Below, one piece after another: positions 9,539 through 20,413 of a DNA stretch of 64,000 nt. The DNA is from Candidatus Harrisonbacteria bacterium (GTDB lineage Bacteria > Patescibacteriota > Minisyncoccia > UBA6257 > 02-FULL-45-10c). The position numbers and the translations under genes are program-made. A model generated the notes under the pieces. It was not told where the DNA came from. It searched no databases and worked only from the letters and a program-made list of their open reading frames with translations. The stretch spans positions 311,647-375,646 of the forward strand of contig JACPTS010000001.1 of NCBI GenBank assembly GCA_016192685.1, in the 5' to 3' direction. The number at the start of each line of letters is the position of its first letter. Positions within the stretch are counted from its first letter, which is position 1.

Positions 9539-10318
9539 GTGGCCAATCGAGTCTGGGTGTTTGATTTAGACGGCACATTAATGAACACTTTAGATTTGTA
9601 CGAAAAACCAAGAGAAAAAGCTTATGCCCTCATTACTGAAATTTTAGGAGACAAATCCCCCGCCTTAAATGAAATTAAAGAAAGACACAGTAAATTAGAT
9701 AAAGAACTGATTCCTGCCATTGATCCCTCAACCGGCAAACCTTATCTTTATACCAAACGGCGCTTCCCGACTTCTTTCGTGGAAATTTTTAAAATTTTAT
9801 GCAAAGAATCCGGGTTAGAATTAAGCGCTTCCGACGAAAGAAGGTATTATAATCAGCTTTATAAGATTGGCCTGGAAGCATTTAAGAAAGAAAGGTATAA
9901 AAGGAAAATTAAGCCGCAGGCTTTTACCGTTGTCCGGTTTTTGCGCAGACAAGAAGATATTTTGGTTATTTTGACCAAGGGTGATAAAGGCGTTCAAAAC
10001 GATAAAAAAGGCGCATTAAAGGAAGCTGGCCTGTTAAAGTTTTTTAAGGAATTTATTACCGTGCCCGACAATAAAGAGAAAGCTTTTAGAGATATTATGA
10101 AGCGATATCCAGCAGAGAGCTATTATAGCATCGGCGATACTTATGGCTGGGACATTCTTCCGGCAATAAAATCCGGATATTTCGGGATATACATCCCCTC
10201 TGCGGCAAATTGGATGGAAATAGGCAAGCTGAAAAAAATAGAGCGGCAAAGGAGTAAAATCAGGTCTAACCGATATGAAAGTTTAATTGAAATAAAGGAA
10301 AAATATGACTATTTGTGA
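9539..10318 (+). CDS. HAD-superfamily hydrolase
   Basis: 259 aa; motif I VFDLDGTL; GTG start. Confidence 0.7.
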   Translation: MANRVWVFDLDGTLMNTLDLYEKPREKAYALITEILGDKSPALNEIKERHSKLDKELIPAIDPSTGKPYLYTKRRFPTSFVEIFKILCKESGLELSASDERRYYNQLYKIGLEAFKKERYKRKIKPQAFTVVRFLRRQEDILVILTKGDKGVQNDKKGALKEAGLLKFFKEFITVPDNKEKAFRDIMKRYPAESYYSIGDTYGWDILPAIKSGYFGIYIPSAANWMEIGKLKKIERQRSKIRSNRYESLIEIKEKYDYL

Positions 10319-10319
10319 A

Positions 10320-10343
10320 ACACCCTATTAAAGGGTGTTTTTT
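10320..10343 (+). terminator. intrinsic terminator
   Basis: acaccct-attaa-agggtgt followed by ttttt. Confidence 0.7.
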
Positions 10344-10349
10344 AATGGT

Positions 10350-10525
10350 GTGAAACATTTTGTGAAACATTGGTGTAAACTTTGTGCTTAAACAGCCCAG
10401 CACCCAGTTACATGAAACAATTTTATAGAGGGTAATATAAATTAAGCAAAGTGTTTCACGCTTATTTTGTGAAACATCCGGCATTTTTTAAGCTCAAAGT
10501 AGTTAGGGTACCGTTACGTGAAACA
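10350..10525. repeat. cluster of 7 GTGAAACA octamers (both orientations), iteron-like
   Basis: copies at 10350, 10362, 10373 (GTGTAAAC), 10412 (ATGAAACA), 10453 (rc), 10469, 10518; lies between HAD terminator and the 3' end of the LAGLIDADG gene. Confidence 0.6.
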
Positions 10526-10972
10526 CCTTTGTTGAAATTTTTTGGCTTTTTCTTCAAAATAGCCCCTTTTATATAAACCAAACAGAACTTTATAGTCAGG
10601 ATGAACATTTGGATCATTGCCGATTTTTTCTAACCAGGCAATAAATTGTTTTCCTTTAAACCCGATTAATTTTTTATTAAAAAATGGTATTATTATATCT
10701 CGTAATTCGCCAAAATCTCTCACCATTATTCTTACTGTTTTTCCTCTTTTAAAACCATCTAAAAGATATGGCTTGAAAGTATAAACTTTATTTTTAACGC
10801 CTAAATATTCCCTAACTTTCTCAACTAGTTCTCTGTCGCGTTCATGCATACCAAGAATAAATGCGGGTATTTTTATTTTATTGCCATATCTATTTCTTTG
10901 AGGTATATTACAAAAAGAAAAACAACCTTCGCCATCTATTAATCCTCTAATATAGTCGGCAGTTATATCCAT
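10514..10972 (-). CDS. LAGLIDADG homing endonuclease (single-motif, freestanding)
   Basis: 152 aa; IRGLIDGEGCF motif near N-terminus; not embedded in an rRNA/tRNA gene in this window. Confidence 0.7.
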   Translation of the reverse strand: MDITADYIRGLIDGEGCFSFCNIPQRNRYGNKIKIPAFILGMHERDRELVEKVREYLGVKNKVYTFKPYLLDGFKRGKTVRIMVRDFGELRDIIIPFFNKKLIGFKGKQFIAWLEKIGNDPNVHPDYKVLFGLYKRGYFEEKAKKFQQRCFT

Positions 10973-11043
10973 ATAGTTTCACAACAAACTTTCTTAATTT
11001 GTTATCGCGATAACAATTATATCATGTAATTCATAAAACATCT

Positions 11044-11424
11044 ATGACCAAAAAATCCGAAATAGGCAAATTAGGCGAAGATATTGCTTGCGAATATTTG
11101 TTAAACAAAAGTTTCACGATTATTGAACGTAATTTTAGGCAGCCGTGGGGAGAAATTGATATTATTACTAAAAATCCGGGCGGCGCCTTAGTTTTTGTAG
11201 AAGTAAAGACTATGCAGCAATACGGCAATAATGCGGCAATTGCCGCATTATTGCCGGAAGATAATTTAACCAAATCAAAATTAAAAAAACTGCAGAGAAT
11301 TTCCTATTTATACGCTAATCATAATTCTGAATTATTAGATGATAGGCAAGGATGGCAAATTGATTTAATAACTATCGTCCTTAATGAAGCCGGAACTGAT
11401 ATAAAACATTTTGAAAATATTTAA
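11044..11424 (+). CDS. YraN-family (UPF0102) endonuclease
   Basis: 126 aa; GKLGEDIACEYL...GEIDII...VFVEVKT restriction-endonuclease-like fold; contains a short insertion (QQYGNNAAIAALLPEDN). Confidence 0.7.
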   Translation: MTKKSEIGKLGEDIACEYLLNKSFTIIERNFRQPWGEIDIITKNPGGALVFVEVKTMQQYGNNAAIAALLPEDNLTKSKLKKLQRISYLYANHNSELLDDRQGWQIDLITIVLNEAGTDIKHFENI

Positions 11425-11452
11425 AAACCGCCCATAAGGCGGTTTTTTAGTC

Positions 11453-12820
11453 TCAAAAACTAAATACCCAAGAAAAAGCTGGCTGATAAATACTAGACTG
11501 CGTTGAACCAAATACCGGAGGAACTTTTATTTTCCAATAAGAATACTCCGCCTTCATTATAAAGTTATCGGCAATCTGCCAATTTAATCCGGCGGTATAT
11601 TTATTCATAAAAGTTTTCAGGTCTTGAGGCGAAGAAGCAAAGGCAGTTATTGGCAATTGATCGGCGGGATTTTTATTTTTGGAAAATACCAATTCCGGCC
11701 CAATCCGCTCCAATTTATTAAAAGCTAAAATTCCCAACACCTTTTTCCCGACTGGGGGATTTTTCCAAATTGGAAATGCCGCCTGAAGATAATAACCTTT
11801 ATTGATTTCGGTCTTGCTTGGCAAATAATCCGTCCGTTGAGCAAAATCCACTATTTTAATAGAATCCGCCTGGGCTTTTCTGAAATCATTTTTGCTATAA
11901 ACATATTCAACGGAAAAGCTGTAGTTTTTATATTGAAAAATCAAGTCAGTTCCGAAAATTTGATAATCTTGGCCGGCAATCGCTTCCTCAAGGTCATAAC
12001 GCCCATGCATTCCCGAAAGACCAAGGCGAATCCCGTTTAATTCAATTTTCTTTTCCTCAAAAATGGTCGGGATTTTCAAATCTCCTAAAGCAAAAACGAT
12101 TCTTCCCCCCGGCGCTTTATTATTGTTATTGTCGGCAAGATTATTATTCAGATGGCCAAAATCAATATCAGTTCCGCCAATGGCAACGCCCGGAACTAAA
12201 AGATTATTGCTATTTTGGAAAATTCTTATCCGATTCGGAGTTTCTCCCAAGCCATTTACTAAATAAGCAATAATTTCGGTCGGAATCCAAAAATGCCCGC
12301 TTTGTGGATAATAGCCGACTTTTAACCCGATGTCTGAATAGCCGGCGCTCATCGGCGGATGCGGAGAATTTAAGCGGGAAACAATATCCAAGCTGTCCGG
12401 TGAAGCATACAAAAGCGGGCGAGTAACGGTTAAAAACTGGTCCGGCCGGTAAAGCTCGTTGTAATGTCCGAAAGGAATCAAGAATTTTCCCAGTTCCAAT
12501 TTATATTTTTCCTCATATAAAAGCTCGGTGGAAAAACGATATAAATTTATTCGGCCCTGGGAAGCGGTAGGAATCTGAAATTCCAGCAAAAACGGAAATT
12601 TTCCGCTTATTTTCCCGTCAAAGCCGAAATACATATCCGCAAGATAAATTTCGTGCTGAACCGTATTTTCAAAGCCCTGCTTTTCCGGACCGATCATTCG
12701 CCAATTAAGCGACATCACGCCATTCACGTTCAAATCCCTTACCAATCCTTTAGCCCAAACAGCTGAAATCTTGAAAATCAAAACAGCGGTTAAAACCAAA
12801 ACTCCAATTATTTTTTTCAC
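11453..12820 (-). CDS. secreted beta-barrel (porin-like) outer-membrane protein
   Basis: 455 aa; N-terminal signal peptide MKKIIGVLVLTAVLIFKISAVWA; alternating amphipathic strands; C-terminal ...FSWVFSF (terminal aromatic). Confidence 0.5.
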   Translation of the reverse strand: MKKIIGVLVLTAVLIFKISAVWAKGLVRDLNVNGVMSLNWRMIGPEKQGFENTVQHEIYLADMYFGFDGKISGKFPFLLEFQIPTASQGRINLYRFSTELLYEEKYKLELGKFLIPFGHYNELYRPDQFLTVTRPLLYASPDSLDIVSRLNSPHPPMSAGYSDIGLKVGYYPQSGHFWIPTEIIAYLVNGLGETPNRIRIFQNSNNLLVPGVAIGGTDIDFGHLNNNLADNNNNKAPGGRIVFALGDLKIPTIFEEKKIELNGIRLGLSGMHGRYDLEEAIAGQDYQIFGTDLIFQYKNYSFSVEYVYSKNDFRKAQADSIKIVDFAQRTDYLPSKTEINKGYYLQAAFPIWKNPPVGKKVLGILAFNKLERIGPELVFSKNKNPADQLPITAFASSPQDLKTFMNKYTAGLNWQIADNFIMKAEYSYWKIKVPPVFGSTQSSIYQPAFSWVFSF

Positions 12821-12943
12821 TTACTGCCTCTTTTAAGATATGAATTTGCTGAATGTATATTACAAAAAATTTTATCTTCAGTCAACCCCAGTTATAGCCG
12901 ATTATCCTTTGGCGTGAAAATAAATTTCGTTTATAATAAAAGT

Positions 12944-15064
12944 ATGAAATTTCGCTACCATCTATTTTTATTTTTTAGCGCAATTTTTTTATTTTCAGCA
13001 TTTAACTTAGCAGCTGCCGCGGACCCGAATTTGCAAATTGAACCGGCGGCAACGCCGCCGCCGCTTTGCCGATGGGGGGTGTACACAAATCCTCGCTATA
13101 ACGATTCACAAAGTTTTTGCTACAGCCGGGCGGGAAAGCCGATTGAATATATTGATTCTTATCTCGTAGACCGTTACGGCGGAGTTCCGGCTACCGGCCG
13201 TAAACCTGAATATTGCTACTTAGAACAGGTTTCTTTAATGCCGGTAAATCTCGGCAGCCGGGGCGAAACTTTTTGCCCGCCACTGGAAGCAATGGTTAAA
13301 TTCTCGGTTTCGGCAAATAAAATTATTGATAAAGGTAAATTCACTATTCAGTGGCAAGCGCCATCGGCCCAATCTTGCGTTTTGTCCGGCAAAGCGCCGG
13401 AAGTCGGAAATTTTAGCCAAGATTTTGACGGGACGGAAAGTTATATCAAAGGCGGCAAAACTTATGATTTTGTAAAAAGAGGAATTTATAGTTTCCAATT
13501 TAACTGTAAGGGTTACTCGGATAATTCCAAATCAACTGCTCAAAGAACTATTACCAGAACCGCGACGGTTTTTGTCGGCGATATTCCGCCGGCGCCGACA
13601 GTGGAGCTAAAAATTGAACCGGCCGTGATTAAAAAAGGCGAAAGCGCCACTTTAAGCTGGAACAGCGAAAACGCGCTTTCTTTGTCTATTAATCAGGGTA
13701 TCGGCGTGGCAACAAAGCAAGGGTCTATCAAAATTTCACCCAAATTAACCACCCGCTATACGATTACCGGTTCCGGGGAGTTTGCTGAACTGGGCCTCGC
13801 CAGAAAATCAGTGACTCTAAGAGTAATTACTCCGGAAATCCAGCCGGAAGCGCCGCCGATAGAAGTGCCGCCGGACGTTGCGCCGCCTCCGCTAAAAGAG
13901 CCGGAAAAACCGCAAATTGACTTAAAAGTTAACGGCCAAGACGGCCCGGTTACCATGGCGCCCGGCTCTTTTACTTTATCCTGGAATTCAGATAAATATT
14001 GTTTGGCTTACGGCTCTTGGATTGGCGTTAAAACAAAAGCCGGCGATGAAAAACGCACCGAAACAAAACCCGGAACTTATACTTATAAATTATATTGCCC
14101 GACAATCGGTTCTGATGAAGTAGTTGTAAAAGTAACCGGCGTTGGCGGCGCCAGTATTCCTTTGCCGGTTGCGGAAGCCAGCGCCAGCTTGGACGGCAAA
14201 AATTTTTCTAAAAGCATCCGGGTGACCCGCGGAGAAAAAGTTAACCTTTGGCTTGGGGCGGCTTACGATATTGACGGCGACAAAAAAGTTTCCCGGGATG
14301 AAACCGGCCGCTGGACCGGATTAATTTCTGAAGGCGGCCAATGCCTTTGGAATACGGATTTAAATCAAGGCGACCCGACTTTTGACGGCGCGGTGGCTAA
14401 TCCGGAAAATCCGAAAAGCTGCACCATTGTGCTTCGGGACCTGGTTTTTTACGACCAGCCGGGAGTTTATCGCTACGGAGCGCTTCGTTTAATGCAAAAT
14501 AACGAAAAATTATCCACTATCGCGTATATTAATGTAGCCGTGCAGGAGCCGCCGCCGCCAGACGGGCCGCCGGTAATTGATTTACGGATTAATAATTTAG
14601 ATGGGCCAAATGTAATTTTGGGAGCGCCGGTGGAATACTTGCTTTCTTGGAATACTCGCAATGCTGACAGCTGTACTGCTTCCGGCGCCTGGAGCGGAGA
14701 TAAATTTTTATCCGGCTCCCAAAAATTTGTTTCTTCGGAAAAGAAAGAATTTACTTATACTTTAAACTGCGCCGGAAAATTGGGGACCGGCAGAAAAAGC
14801 TTAAATTTGAAAGTTACCGAACTGCCGGTTTGCGATTTTTCCGCTTTGCCGCTGACATTAAGCCAATCGGTTTTTGACCGCCAGTCGGTTTTAAGCTGGA
14901 AATGCCAGTTTGCCAATACTTGTGAAATTTCGCCGGCGGTTGGAAAAGTCAGCACTTTTGGATCTGCTCGCGTTTCGCCAAAAACAACTACGACTTATAC
15001 TTTATCCTGCCAAAATCTGGAAGGCAGCAGCAGTTTTGACCAGGCAGTGGAAGTGGCTCGGTGA
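12944..15064 (+). CDS. secreted Cys-containing repeat protein (4 Ig-like repeats with LSWNS/LSWK motif, Pro-rich linkers)
   Basis: signal peptide MKFRYHLFLFFSAIFLFSAFNLAAAA (ORF track starts at GTG 12914); repeats around ATLSWNSENALS / FTLSWNSDKYC / YLLSWNTRNADSC / SVLSWKCQFANTC. Confidence 0.55.
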   Translation: MKFRYHLFLFFSAIFLFSAFNLAAAADPNLQIEPAATPPPLCRWGVYTNPRYNDSQSFCYSRAGKPIEYIDSYLVDRYGGVPATGRKPEYCYLEQVSLMPVNLGSRGETFCPPLEAMVKFSVSANKIIDKGKFTIQWQAPSAQSCVLSGKAPEVGNFSQDFDGTESYIKGGKTYDFVKRGIYSFQFNCKGYSDNSKSTAQRTITRTATVFVGDIPPAPTVELKIEPAVIKKGESATLSWNSENALSLSINQGIGVATKQGSIKISPKLTTRYTITGSGEFAELGLARKSVTLRVITPEIQPEAPPIEVPPDVAPPPLKEPEKPQIDLKVNGQDGPVTMAPGSFTLSWNSDKYCLAYGSWIGVKTKAGDEKRTETKPGTYTYKLYCPTIGSDEVVVKVTGVGGASIPLPVAEASASLDGKNFSKSIRVTRGEKVNLWLGAAYDIDGDKKVSRDETGRWTGLISEGGQCLWNTDLNQGDPTFDGAVANPENPKSCTIVLRDLVFYDQPGVYRYGALRLMQNNEKLSTIAYINVAVQEPPPPDGPPVIDLRINNLDGPNVILGAPVEYLLSWNTRNADSCTASGAWSGDKFLSGSQKFVSSEKKEFTYTLNCAGKLGTGRKSLNLKVTELPVCDFSALPLTLSQSVFDRQSVLSWKCQFANTCEISPAVGKVSTFGSARVSPKTTTTYTLSCQNLEGSSSFDQAVEVAR

Positions 15065-15110
15065 TTTTAGCAAAATAAGCCAATATATTTCTTATTAGAC
15101 CTATTTATCC

Positions 15111-15262
15111 GATTCTCTACCTATATTTCTATCGGCACCGGCGTCGCTCCGCTCCAGCGGCGGAGCGCGCCTACGCCTCGCCGCGATTTTTGTTTCGCTT
15201 TGCGAAACAAACCAAGCAAATCGCGGCTCCGTAGTTGCCGTACGAAACATAGGCAGAGAATC
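15111..15262 (+). repeat. structured repeat element, copy A
   Basis: flanking inverted repeat gattctctacctat / ataggcagagaatc; core boxes TATCGGCACCGGCGTC - hairpin - GCGCCTACGCCTCGC - hairpin - GCTCCGTAGTTGCCGTACGA. Confidence 0.85.
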
Positions 15263-15332
15263 TATAATCAAGAAATATATCTGCTTATTTTGAAAAATCT
15301 AACCTCGCTTAGTTGGGATTTTTTAAATGGAC

Positions 15333-15361
15333 TTGACAATCGAAATTTTGTTATATATAAT
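15333..15361 (+). promoter_or_regulatory. sigma70-type promoter of nusA
   Basis: TTGACA - 17 nt - TATAAT; followed by a leader hairpin tccgc-ctgcaa-gcgga + U-run at 15379-15401. Confidence 0.6.
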
Positions 15362-15437
15362 GTAAATAATGATTGATGTCCGCCTGCAAGCGGATATTTT
15401 ATTAAGACAACAGACGACTAACGACAGATAACAACAT

Positions 15438-16802
15438 ATGTTTAATTTAAAAGAACTAAAAAAAGCCGTAGAACAAATTGCCCAGGAAAAAGGCGTAGAG
15501 GCGAAAAAAGTTTTTGAGGCGCTGGAAGCGTCTTTGGCGGCTGCTTATAAAAAAGAATATTGCCAGAGGGGGGAAGTGGTTAAAGCGAAATTTGACCAAA
15601 AAACCGGCGGGCTTAAATTTTGGAAAATAAAAACTGTGGTTGATGACACTACGGTGAGAATTGTTGAAGAGGAGCCGGTTCCGGAAGGCGGAGCGCCGGA
15701 AAACGAATCTCGGCGCGCGCGAGAAGAATTTATGCCGGAAGGAGAGGATGTTTTACCTCGTTACAATCCCGATCGGCATATTTTTCTGGAAGAAGCTAAA
15801 AAGGAAAAACCGGACGTAATTTTAGGGGAAGAATTAATTTATCCCTTAGAAACTCACGATGATTTCGGCCGGATTGCCGCCCAAACCGCCAAACAGGTGA
15901 TTCTCCAGAAATTGCGGGAAGCAGAGCGAAATTCAATTTTAGAAGAATTTCACAATAAAGAAGGCGAGATTATCAGCGGCGTAATCCAGCGATATGACCG
16001 CGGCAATGTTTATGTGGATTTAGGCCGGGCAACCGGAATTATGTTTTATAACGAATCTATTCCGGGAGAACATTATACGGTCAGCGATCGGATGCGTTTT
16101 TATATTTTAGCGGTTCAGGAAGAATCAAGAATTCCCGGAATTATTTTATCCCGATCTCATCCGAAATTTGTCAGCCGACTTTTTGAGCTGGAAGTCCCGG
16201 AAATTGCCGACGGCGTAGTAGAAATTAAAGCGATCGCGCGGGAACCGGGCAGCCGCAGTAAAATCGCGGTAGTTTCCAAAACTGAAGGCATTGATCCGGT
16301 TGGTTCCTGCGTCGGCCAGCGCGGCACTAGAGTAATGGCGGTTTCTAATGAGTTGGGACAGGAAAAAATTGATATTATTGAATGGTCGGAAGATCCGGCT
16401 AAATTTATTACCAATGCTTTATCTCCGGCCAAGGTGACTGGCGTTGAAATTTTACCGCGCCGGGAAGCTAAAACTTTTGTTCCAGACGACCAATTAAGCT
16501 TGGCCATCGGCAAAGGAGGGCAAAATGTGCGTCTGGCGGCCAAACTGACCAGCTGGAAAATTGATGTTCGCTCCCAGTCAAAACCGGATGAAGTTTTAGA
16601 GGGCGGCGTGGCAGCGGCAATTCCGACTGAAGAAGTAAAAAAGGGGCTGGAAGAAAATAAAGAAGAGAAATCAGCAGAAGAAAAAAGCCCCGAAGCGGTT
16701 GCTTCGGAAATAGAATCTCAAGAAGCTAAACCCCCCGCCTCCGCCGAGGCTTCGGCGGGCAAGAAAAAACGAGGCCGAAAAAAGAAAGCTGAAACTCAAT
16801 AA
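15438..16802 (+). CDS. nusA: transcription termination/antitermination factor NusA with Lys/Glu-rich C-terminal extension
   Basis: 454 aa; N-terminal domain, S1 and two KH domains; acidic/basic tail ending [13 protein letters not shown]. Confidence 0.85.
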   Translation: MFNLKELKKAVEQIAQEKGVEAKKVFEALEASLAAAYKKEYCQRGEVVKAKFDQKTGGLKFWKIKTVVDDTTVRIVEEEPVPEGGAPENESRRAREEFMPEGEDVLPRYNPDRHIFLEEAKKEKPDVILGEELIYPLETHDDFGRIAAQTAKQVILQKLREAERNSILEEFHNKEGEIISGVIQRYDRGNVYVDLGRATGIMFYNESIPGEHYTVSDRMRFYILAVQEESRIPGIILSRSHPKFVSRLFELEVPEIADGVVEIKAIAREPGSRSKIAVVSKTEGIDPVGSCVGQRGTRVMAVSNELGQEKIDIIEWSEDPAKFITNALSPAKVTGVEILPRREAKTFVPDDQLSLAIGKGGQNVRLAAKLTSWKIDVRSQSKPDEVLEGGVAAAIPTEEVKKGLEENKEEKSAEEKSPEAVASEIESQEAKPPASAEASAGKKKRGRKKKAETQ

Positions 16803-16812
16803 TAGAGACTTT

Positions 16813-18786
16813 ATGTATCTACTAGTTTTTCTCCCAATTATTTTAGCCGTCGCTTACAGCGCTTATATAATGTATTGGCTTTCCTGCCAGCCGAAAGGAA
16901 ACGCCAAAATGCTGGAAATTTCTCAGGCAATCCAGGAAGGCTCGGCGGCTTTTTTAAATCGCCAGTATAAAAGTGTCGCTGTGGTCGCCGCGATTTTATT
17001 GCTTATTATTTATTACCTGCTGGGCAGTATGTCCGCCCTTGGATTTTTAGTTGGCGCCTCGGCATCGGCGTTGGCTGGCTATATCGGAATGAATGTGGCG
17101 GTCCGTTCCAATTCCCGGACTGCCGAAGCCGCCAATCAAGGTTTAAATTCCGCGCTGACTCTTGCCTTTAAAGCCGGCTCGGTAACCGGATTTTTAGTGG
17201 TAGCCTTGGGACTGCTGGCGATTGCCGGATTTTATTTTTTAACCAATGACCCCAAAGCTTTAATTAGTCTCGGTTTTGGCGCCAGTTTAATTTCTGTTTT
17301 TGCCCGCCTGGGCGGAGGAATTTTTACCAAAGCCGCGGATGTCGGCACGGATTTAGTCGGTAAAGTGGAAGCCGGCATTCCCGAAGACGACGTCCGGAAT
17401 CCGGGCGTGGTAGCGGATAATGTCGGAGATAATGTCGGCGATTGCGCCGGCATGGCGGCCGACCTTTTTGAAACTTACGCGGTAACTTTGATTGCCGCGA
17501 TGCTTCTTGGCTCGCTGATTGATAAAAGCGCTGCCGGTCCTTTAGTAATTTTCCCGCTGGTGCTCGGCGGCCTGGCGATTTTAGCATCGCTGGTTGGATC
17601 GGCTCTGGTAAAAACCGGCTCAAGCAATTCCATTATGGGAGCGCTTTATAAAGGATTAATCGGGGCTTTGGCTGCTTCGGCGATTTTATTTTATCCGGCT
17701 GCCAGATTTTATCTTGGCGAAGGTTATTGGAATTTTTATCTGACTACCCTGATAGGCCTCGCGGTAACCGCGCTAATGGTGGTGGTAACTGATTATTACA
17801 CGGCAAAAAATTACCGGCCAGTCCAATCCATTGCCGAAGCGTCCAACTCCGGTCATGGCACTAATATTATTTTGGGACTCTCTGTTGGCATGGAAGCCAC
17901 TTTTGTTCCGGTTTTAATTATTGTTTCAGCGATTCTTTTAAGTTTTTCTTTGGCTGGGATTTATGGCGTGGCGCTCGCGGCGGTTTCTATGCTTTCGGTA
18001 GCCGGAATTGTAGTGGCAATTGATTCTTTTGGCCCGGTGACTGACAATGCCGGCGGCATTGCCGAGATGAGCGGAGCTCCCCAGAACGTACGGCAAATCA
18101 CTGACGCGCTGGATGCGGTTGGCAATACCACCAAAGCGGTTACTAAGGGCTACGCCATTGCTTCAGCCGGGCTGGCGGCATTAGTTTTGTTTGCCGGATA
18201 TGTTGAAGAGTTTGCCGCGCAGGCAAAAAATTTAGTTTTTGAATTAGAAAATCCTTATGTAGTAGCGGGATTAATTTTAGGCGCGGCAGTTCCCTACCTT
18301 TTTGCTTCTATTGCGATGAAATCCGTAGGCCGTGCCGCTGGCGCAGTGGTAGAAGAAATCCGCCGGCAGTTCCGGGAAATTCCCGGAATTATGGAATACA
18401 AAGCTAAGCCGGATTATGGCCGGGCTGTAGATATTGTGACTAAAGCCGCGCTCAAAGAAATGGTAGTGCCGGCAGTACTTCCGATTTTGTCAGTGGTTTT
18501 AGTCGGATATTTTTTGGGAGCGCAAGCTTTAGGCGGATTTTTAATGGGCACGATTGTCGCCGGACTTTTTTTGGGAATTTCCATGACTACCGGCGGCGCG
18601 GCGTGGGATAACGCCAAAAAATATATTGAATCCGGCAACTTCGGCGGCAAGGGCTCGGAAGCCCATAAAGCCGCGGTTACCGGCGACACAGTCGGCGACC
18701 CCTACAAAGACACGGCCGGCCCGGCAATCAATCCGCTGATTAAAGTTATAAATATAGTAGCTTTATTATTAGTGCCATTTTTATAA
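16813..18786 (+). CDS. hppA: membrane-bound H+/Na+-translocating pyrophosphatase
   Basis: 657 aa polytopic; [19 protein letters not shown] and [21 protein letters not shown] signature motifs. Confidence 0.9.
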   Translation: MYLLVFLPIILAVAYSAYIMYWLSCQPKGNAKMLEISQAIQEGSAAFLNRQYKSVAVVAAILLLIIYYLLGSMSALGFLVGASASALAGYIGMNVAVRSNSRTAEAANQGLNSALTLAFKAGSVTGFLVVALGLLAIAGFYFLTNDPKALISLGFGASLISVFARLGGGIFTKAADVGTDLVGKVEAGIPEDDVRNPGVVADNVGDNVGDCAGMAADLFETYAVTLIAAMLLGSLIDKSAAGPLVIFPLVLGGLAILASLVGSALVKTGSSNSIMGALYKGLIGALAASAILFYPAARFYLGEGYWNFYLTTLIGLAVTALMVVVTDYYTAKNYRPVQSIAEASNSGHGTNIILGLSVGMEATFVPVLIIVSAILLSFSLAGIYGVALAAVSMLSVAGIVVAIDSFGPVTDNAGGIAEMSGAPQNVRQITDALDAVGNTTKAVTKGYAIASAGLAALVLFAGYVEEFAAQAKNLVFELENPYVVAGLILGAAVPYLFASIAMKSVGRAAGAVVEEIRRQFREIPGIMEYKAKPDYGRAVDIVTKAALKEMVVPAVLPILSVVLVGYFLGAQALGGFLMGTIVAGLFLGISMTTGGAAWDNAKKYIESGNFGGKGSEAHKAAVTGDTVGDPYKDTAGPAINPLIKVINIVALLLVPFL

Positions 18787-18790
18787 TTTA

Positions 18791-18934
18791 AAGCTCTATA
18801 TATCTTCCTACCGGCACCGGAGTCCGCTTGCTCCAGCGGCAAGCGGCTCCTACGCCTCGCTCCGAAATTTTTGCTTCGCGAAAACCAAGCATTTCGGAGC
18901 TCCGTAGTTGCCGTACGAAAGATATATAGAGCTT
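18791..18934 (+). repeat. structured repeat element, copy B
   Basis: perfect 16-bp flanking inverted repeat aagctctatatatctt / aagatatatagagctt; same three core boxes as copy A; nearly identical to copy G. Confidence 0.9.
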
Positions 18935-18945
18935 TTGAAAAATTT

Positions 18946-19158
18946 ATGTCAGTTAAACTTGGAATTTATGAGCATTATAAAGGAAAAAAATATGAGGTAA
19001 TCGGAATAGCAAAGCATAGCGAAACTTTGGAGGAATTAGTAGTTTATCGGGCGCTTTATGGCGAAAATCAGTTATGGGTTAGGCCTATAAAAATGTTTAT
19101 AGAGGAAGTGGAAGTTGCCGGCAAGAAAATTCTGCGATTTAAATATATTGGGAAATAA
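18946..19158 (+). CDS. DUF1653-like small protein
   Basis: LGIYEHYKGKKYEVIGIAKHSETLEELVVYRALYG; ORF-track start 18871 lies inside repeat B, so the ATG at 18946 is preferred. Confidence 0.55.
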   Translation: MSVKLGIYEHYKGKKYEVIGIAKHSETLEELVVYRALYGENQLWVRPIKMFIEEVEVAGKKILRFKYIGK

Positions 19159-20412
19159 ATGAAATACACATCTAAAAAATTACCAGACTCAATCATTGAG
19201 GCAGAGGTGGTTTTGGAGCATAAAGAATTTTTGGAATATTATCAGCCGATTTATGATCAGGCGCTGGCTTCGGTTAATCTTAAAGGTTTTCGGCCCGGAG
19301 CGGCGCCGAAAGATTTAGCGGAAAAAGCCGTGGACAAAGAAGCGGTTTTTAATGAAGCAGTGAATAAAGCTGTACGCGACTCCTTGCAAGAAATTACCGA
19401 AGAAAATAACTGGCAATTGATTGACCAGCCGAAGGTGGAAATCGTTGAAACCAATCCGCAAGAAAATGTCGGTCTTAAATTTAAAGCCACCATTACAATT
19501 TTTCCGGAAGTAAAATTGGGGAATTATCAAAAAATCGCTAAAAAGATTTTGGGAAGCGCTAAAAAAGATTTTTCCGCAAGCGAAGAAGAAATAAACCAAT
19601 CTCTTCAATGGATTTTAAATTCCAGGGCAAAAGTTACCCGGGTAGCGCGTGAGGCAAAAATGGGAGACGTGGTAGATTTGGATTTTTCCGGATTTGTTGA
19701 CGGGAAACCGCTTGATGGCGCAAGCGGCAAGGCGGATAATTTTGTTTTGGGCGAAGGGAAATTTATTAAAGGATTTGAAGAAAATTTGATTGGACATAAA
19801 GAGGGTGAACATTTGGAATTTTCAGTGAATTTTCCGGCGGATTATTGGAAAAAAGAACTCCAAAATCAAAAGGTGGATTTTCAAGCTGATTTAAAAGGCG
19901 TTTTTGAACGGGAACTGCCGGAATTAACCGATGATTTCGTAAAAAGTCTCGGCAAATTTGAAAATGCCGCCACGCTTAAAACTAGTATCCGAGAAGGAAT
20001 TGCCAAGGAAAAAGAAATGAAAGAAAATGAACGCCTGCGCCTGAAAATTTTTGAGGAAATCATTAAAAATTCTGAAATTGCGCCGCCGCGAATTATGGTG
20101 GAGCGCACTCTGGATAATTTAATCGCGGAATACAAGAATTTAGTAAAAAATCCCGATGAAAAAATCGCTGTTAGAAAAAATTTAGAGGAGAAAGCCAAAA
20201 ACAGCGTGGCTACCAATTTAATCTTGTATCAAATTGCCAAAGAGCAAAAAATTGAGCCGTCTCAAGAAGAGATAGAATCAGAGGCCAATAAAGCCCTTTC
20301 CCATTCTGAATTCAGGAAAAATCCGAAAATTGACGTCCAGCGGCTTTACGATTATATTTATGGTGAGCTTCGAAATAAGAAAATTTTTGAATATTTGGAA
20401 TCATTAAAATAA
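19159..20412 (+). CDS. tig: trigger factor
   Basis: 417 aa; N-terminal ribosome-binding domain, FKBP-type PPIase core (GFRPG..), C-terminal arm. Confidence 0.85.
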   Translation: MKYTSKKLPDSIIEAEVVLEHKEFLEYYQPIYDQALASVNLKGFRPGAAPKDLAEKAVDKEAVFNEAVNKAVRDSLQEITEENNWQLIDQPKVEIVETNPQENVGLKFKATITIFPEVKLGNYQKIAKKILGSAKKDFSASEEEINQSLQWILNSRAKVTRVAREAKMGDVVDLDFSGFVDGKPLDGASGKADNFVLGEGKFIKGFEENLIGHKEGEHLEFSVNFPADYWKKELQNQKVDFQADLKGVFERELPELTDDFVKSLGKFENAATLKTSIREGIAKEKEMKENERLRLKIFEEIIKNSEIAPPRIMVERTLDNLIAEYKNLVKNPDEKIAVRKNLEEKAKNSVATNLILYQIAKEQKIEPSQEEIESEANKALSHSEFRKNPKIDVQRLYDYIYGELRNKKIFEYLESLK

Positions 20413-20413
20413 T

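Noticed and set aside
18871-18945. N-terminal extension of the DUF1653 ORF and ATG 34080 of the giant OMP gene
   Set aside because: The 18871 start lies inside repeat copy B, and a clean ATG with conserved N-terminus follows at 18946. For the giant OMP gene, the 34080 ATG lies inside the predicted TTGACT-17-TACAAT promoter. The signal-peptide start MKLKQKLL at 34017 is far more plausible.
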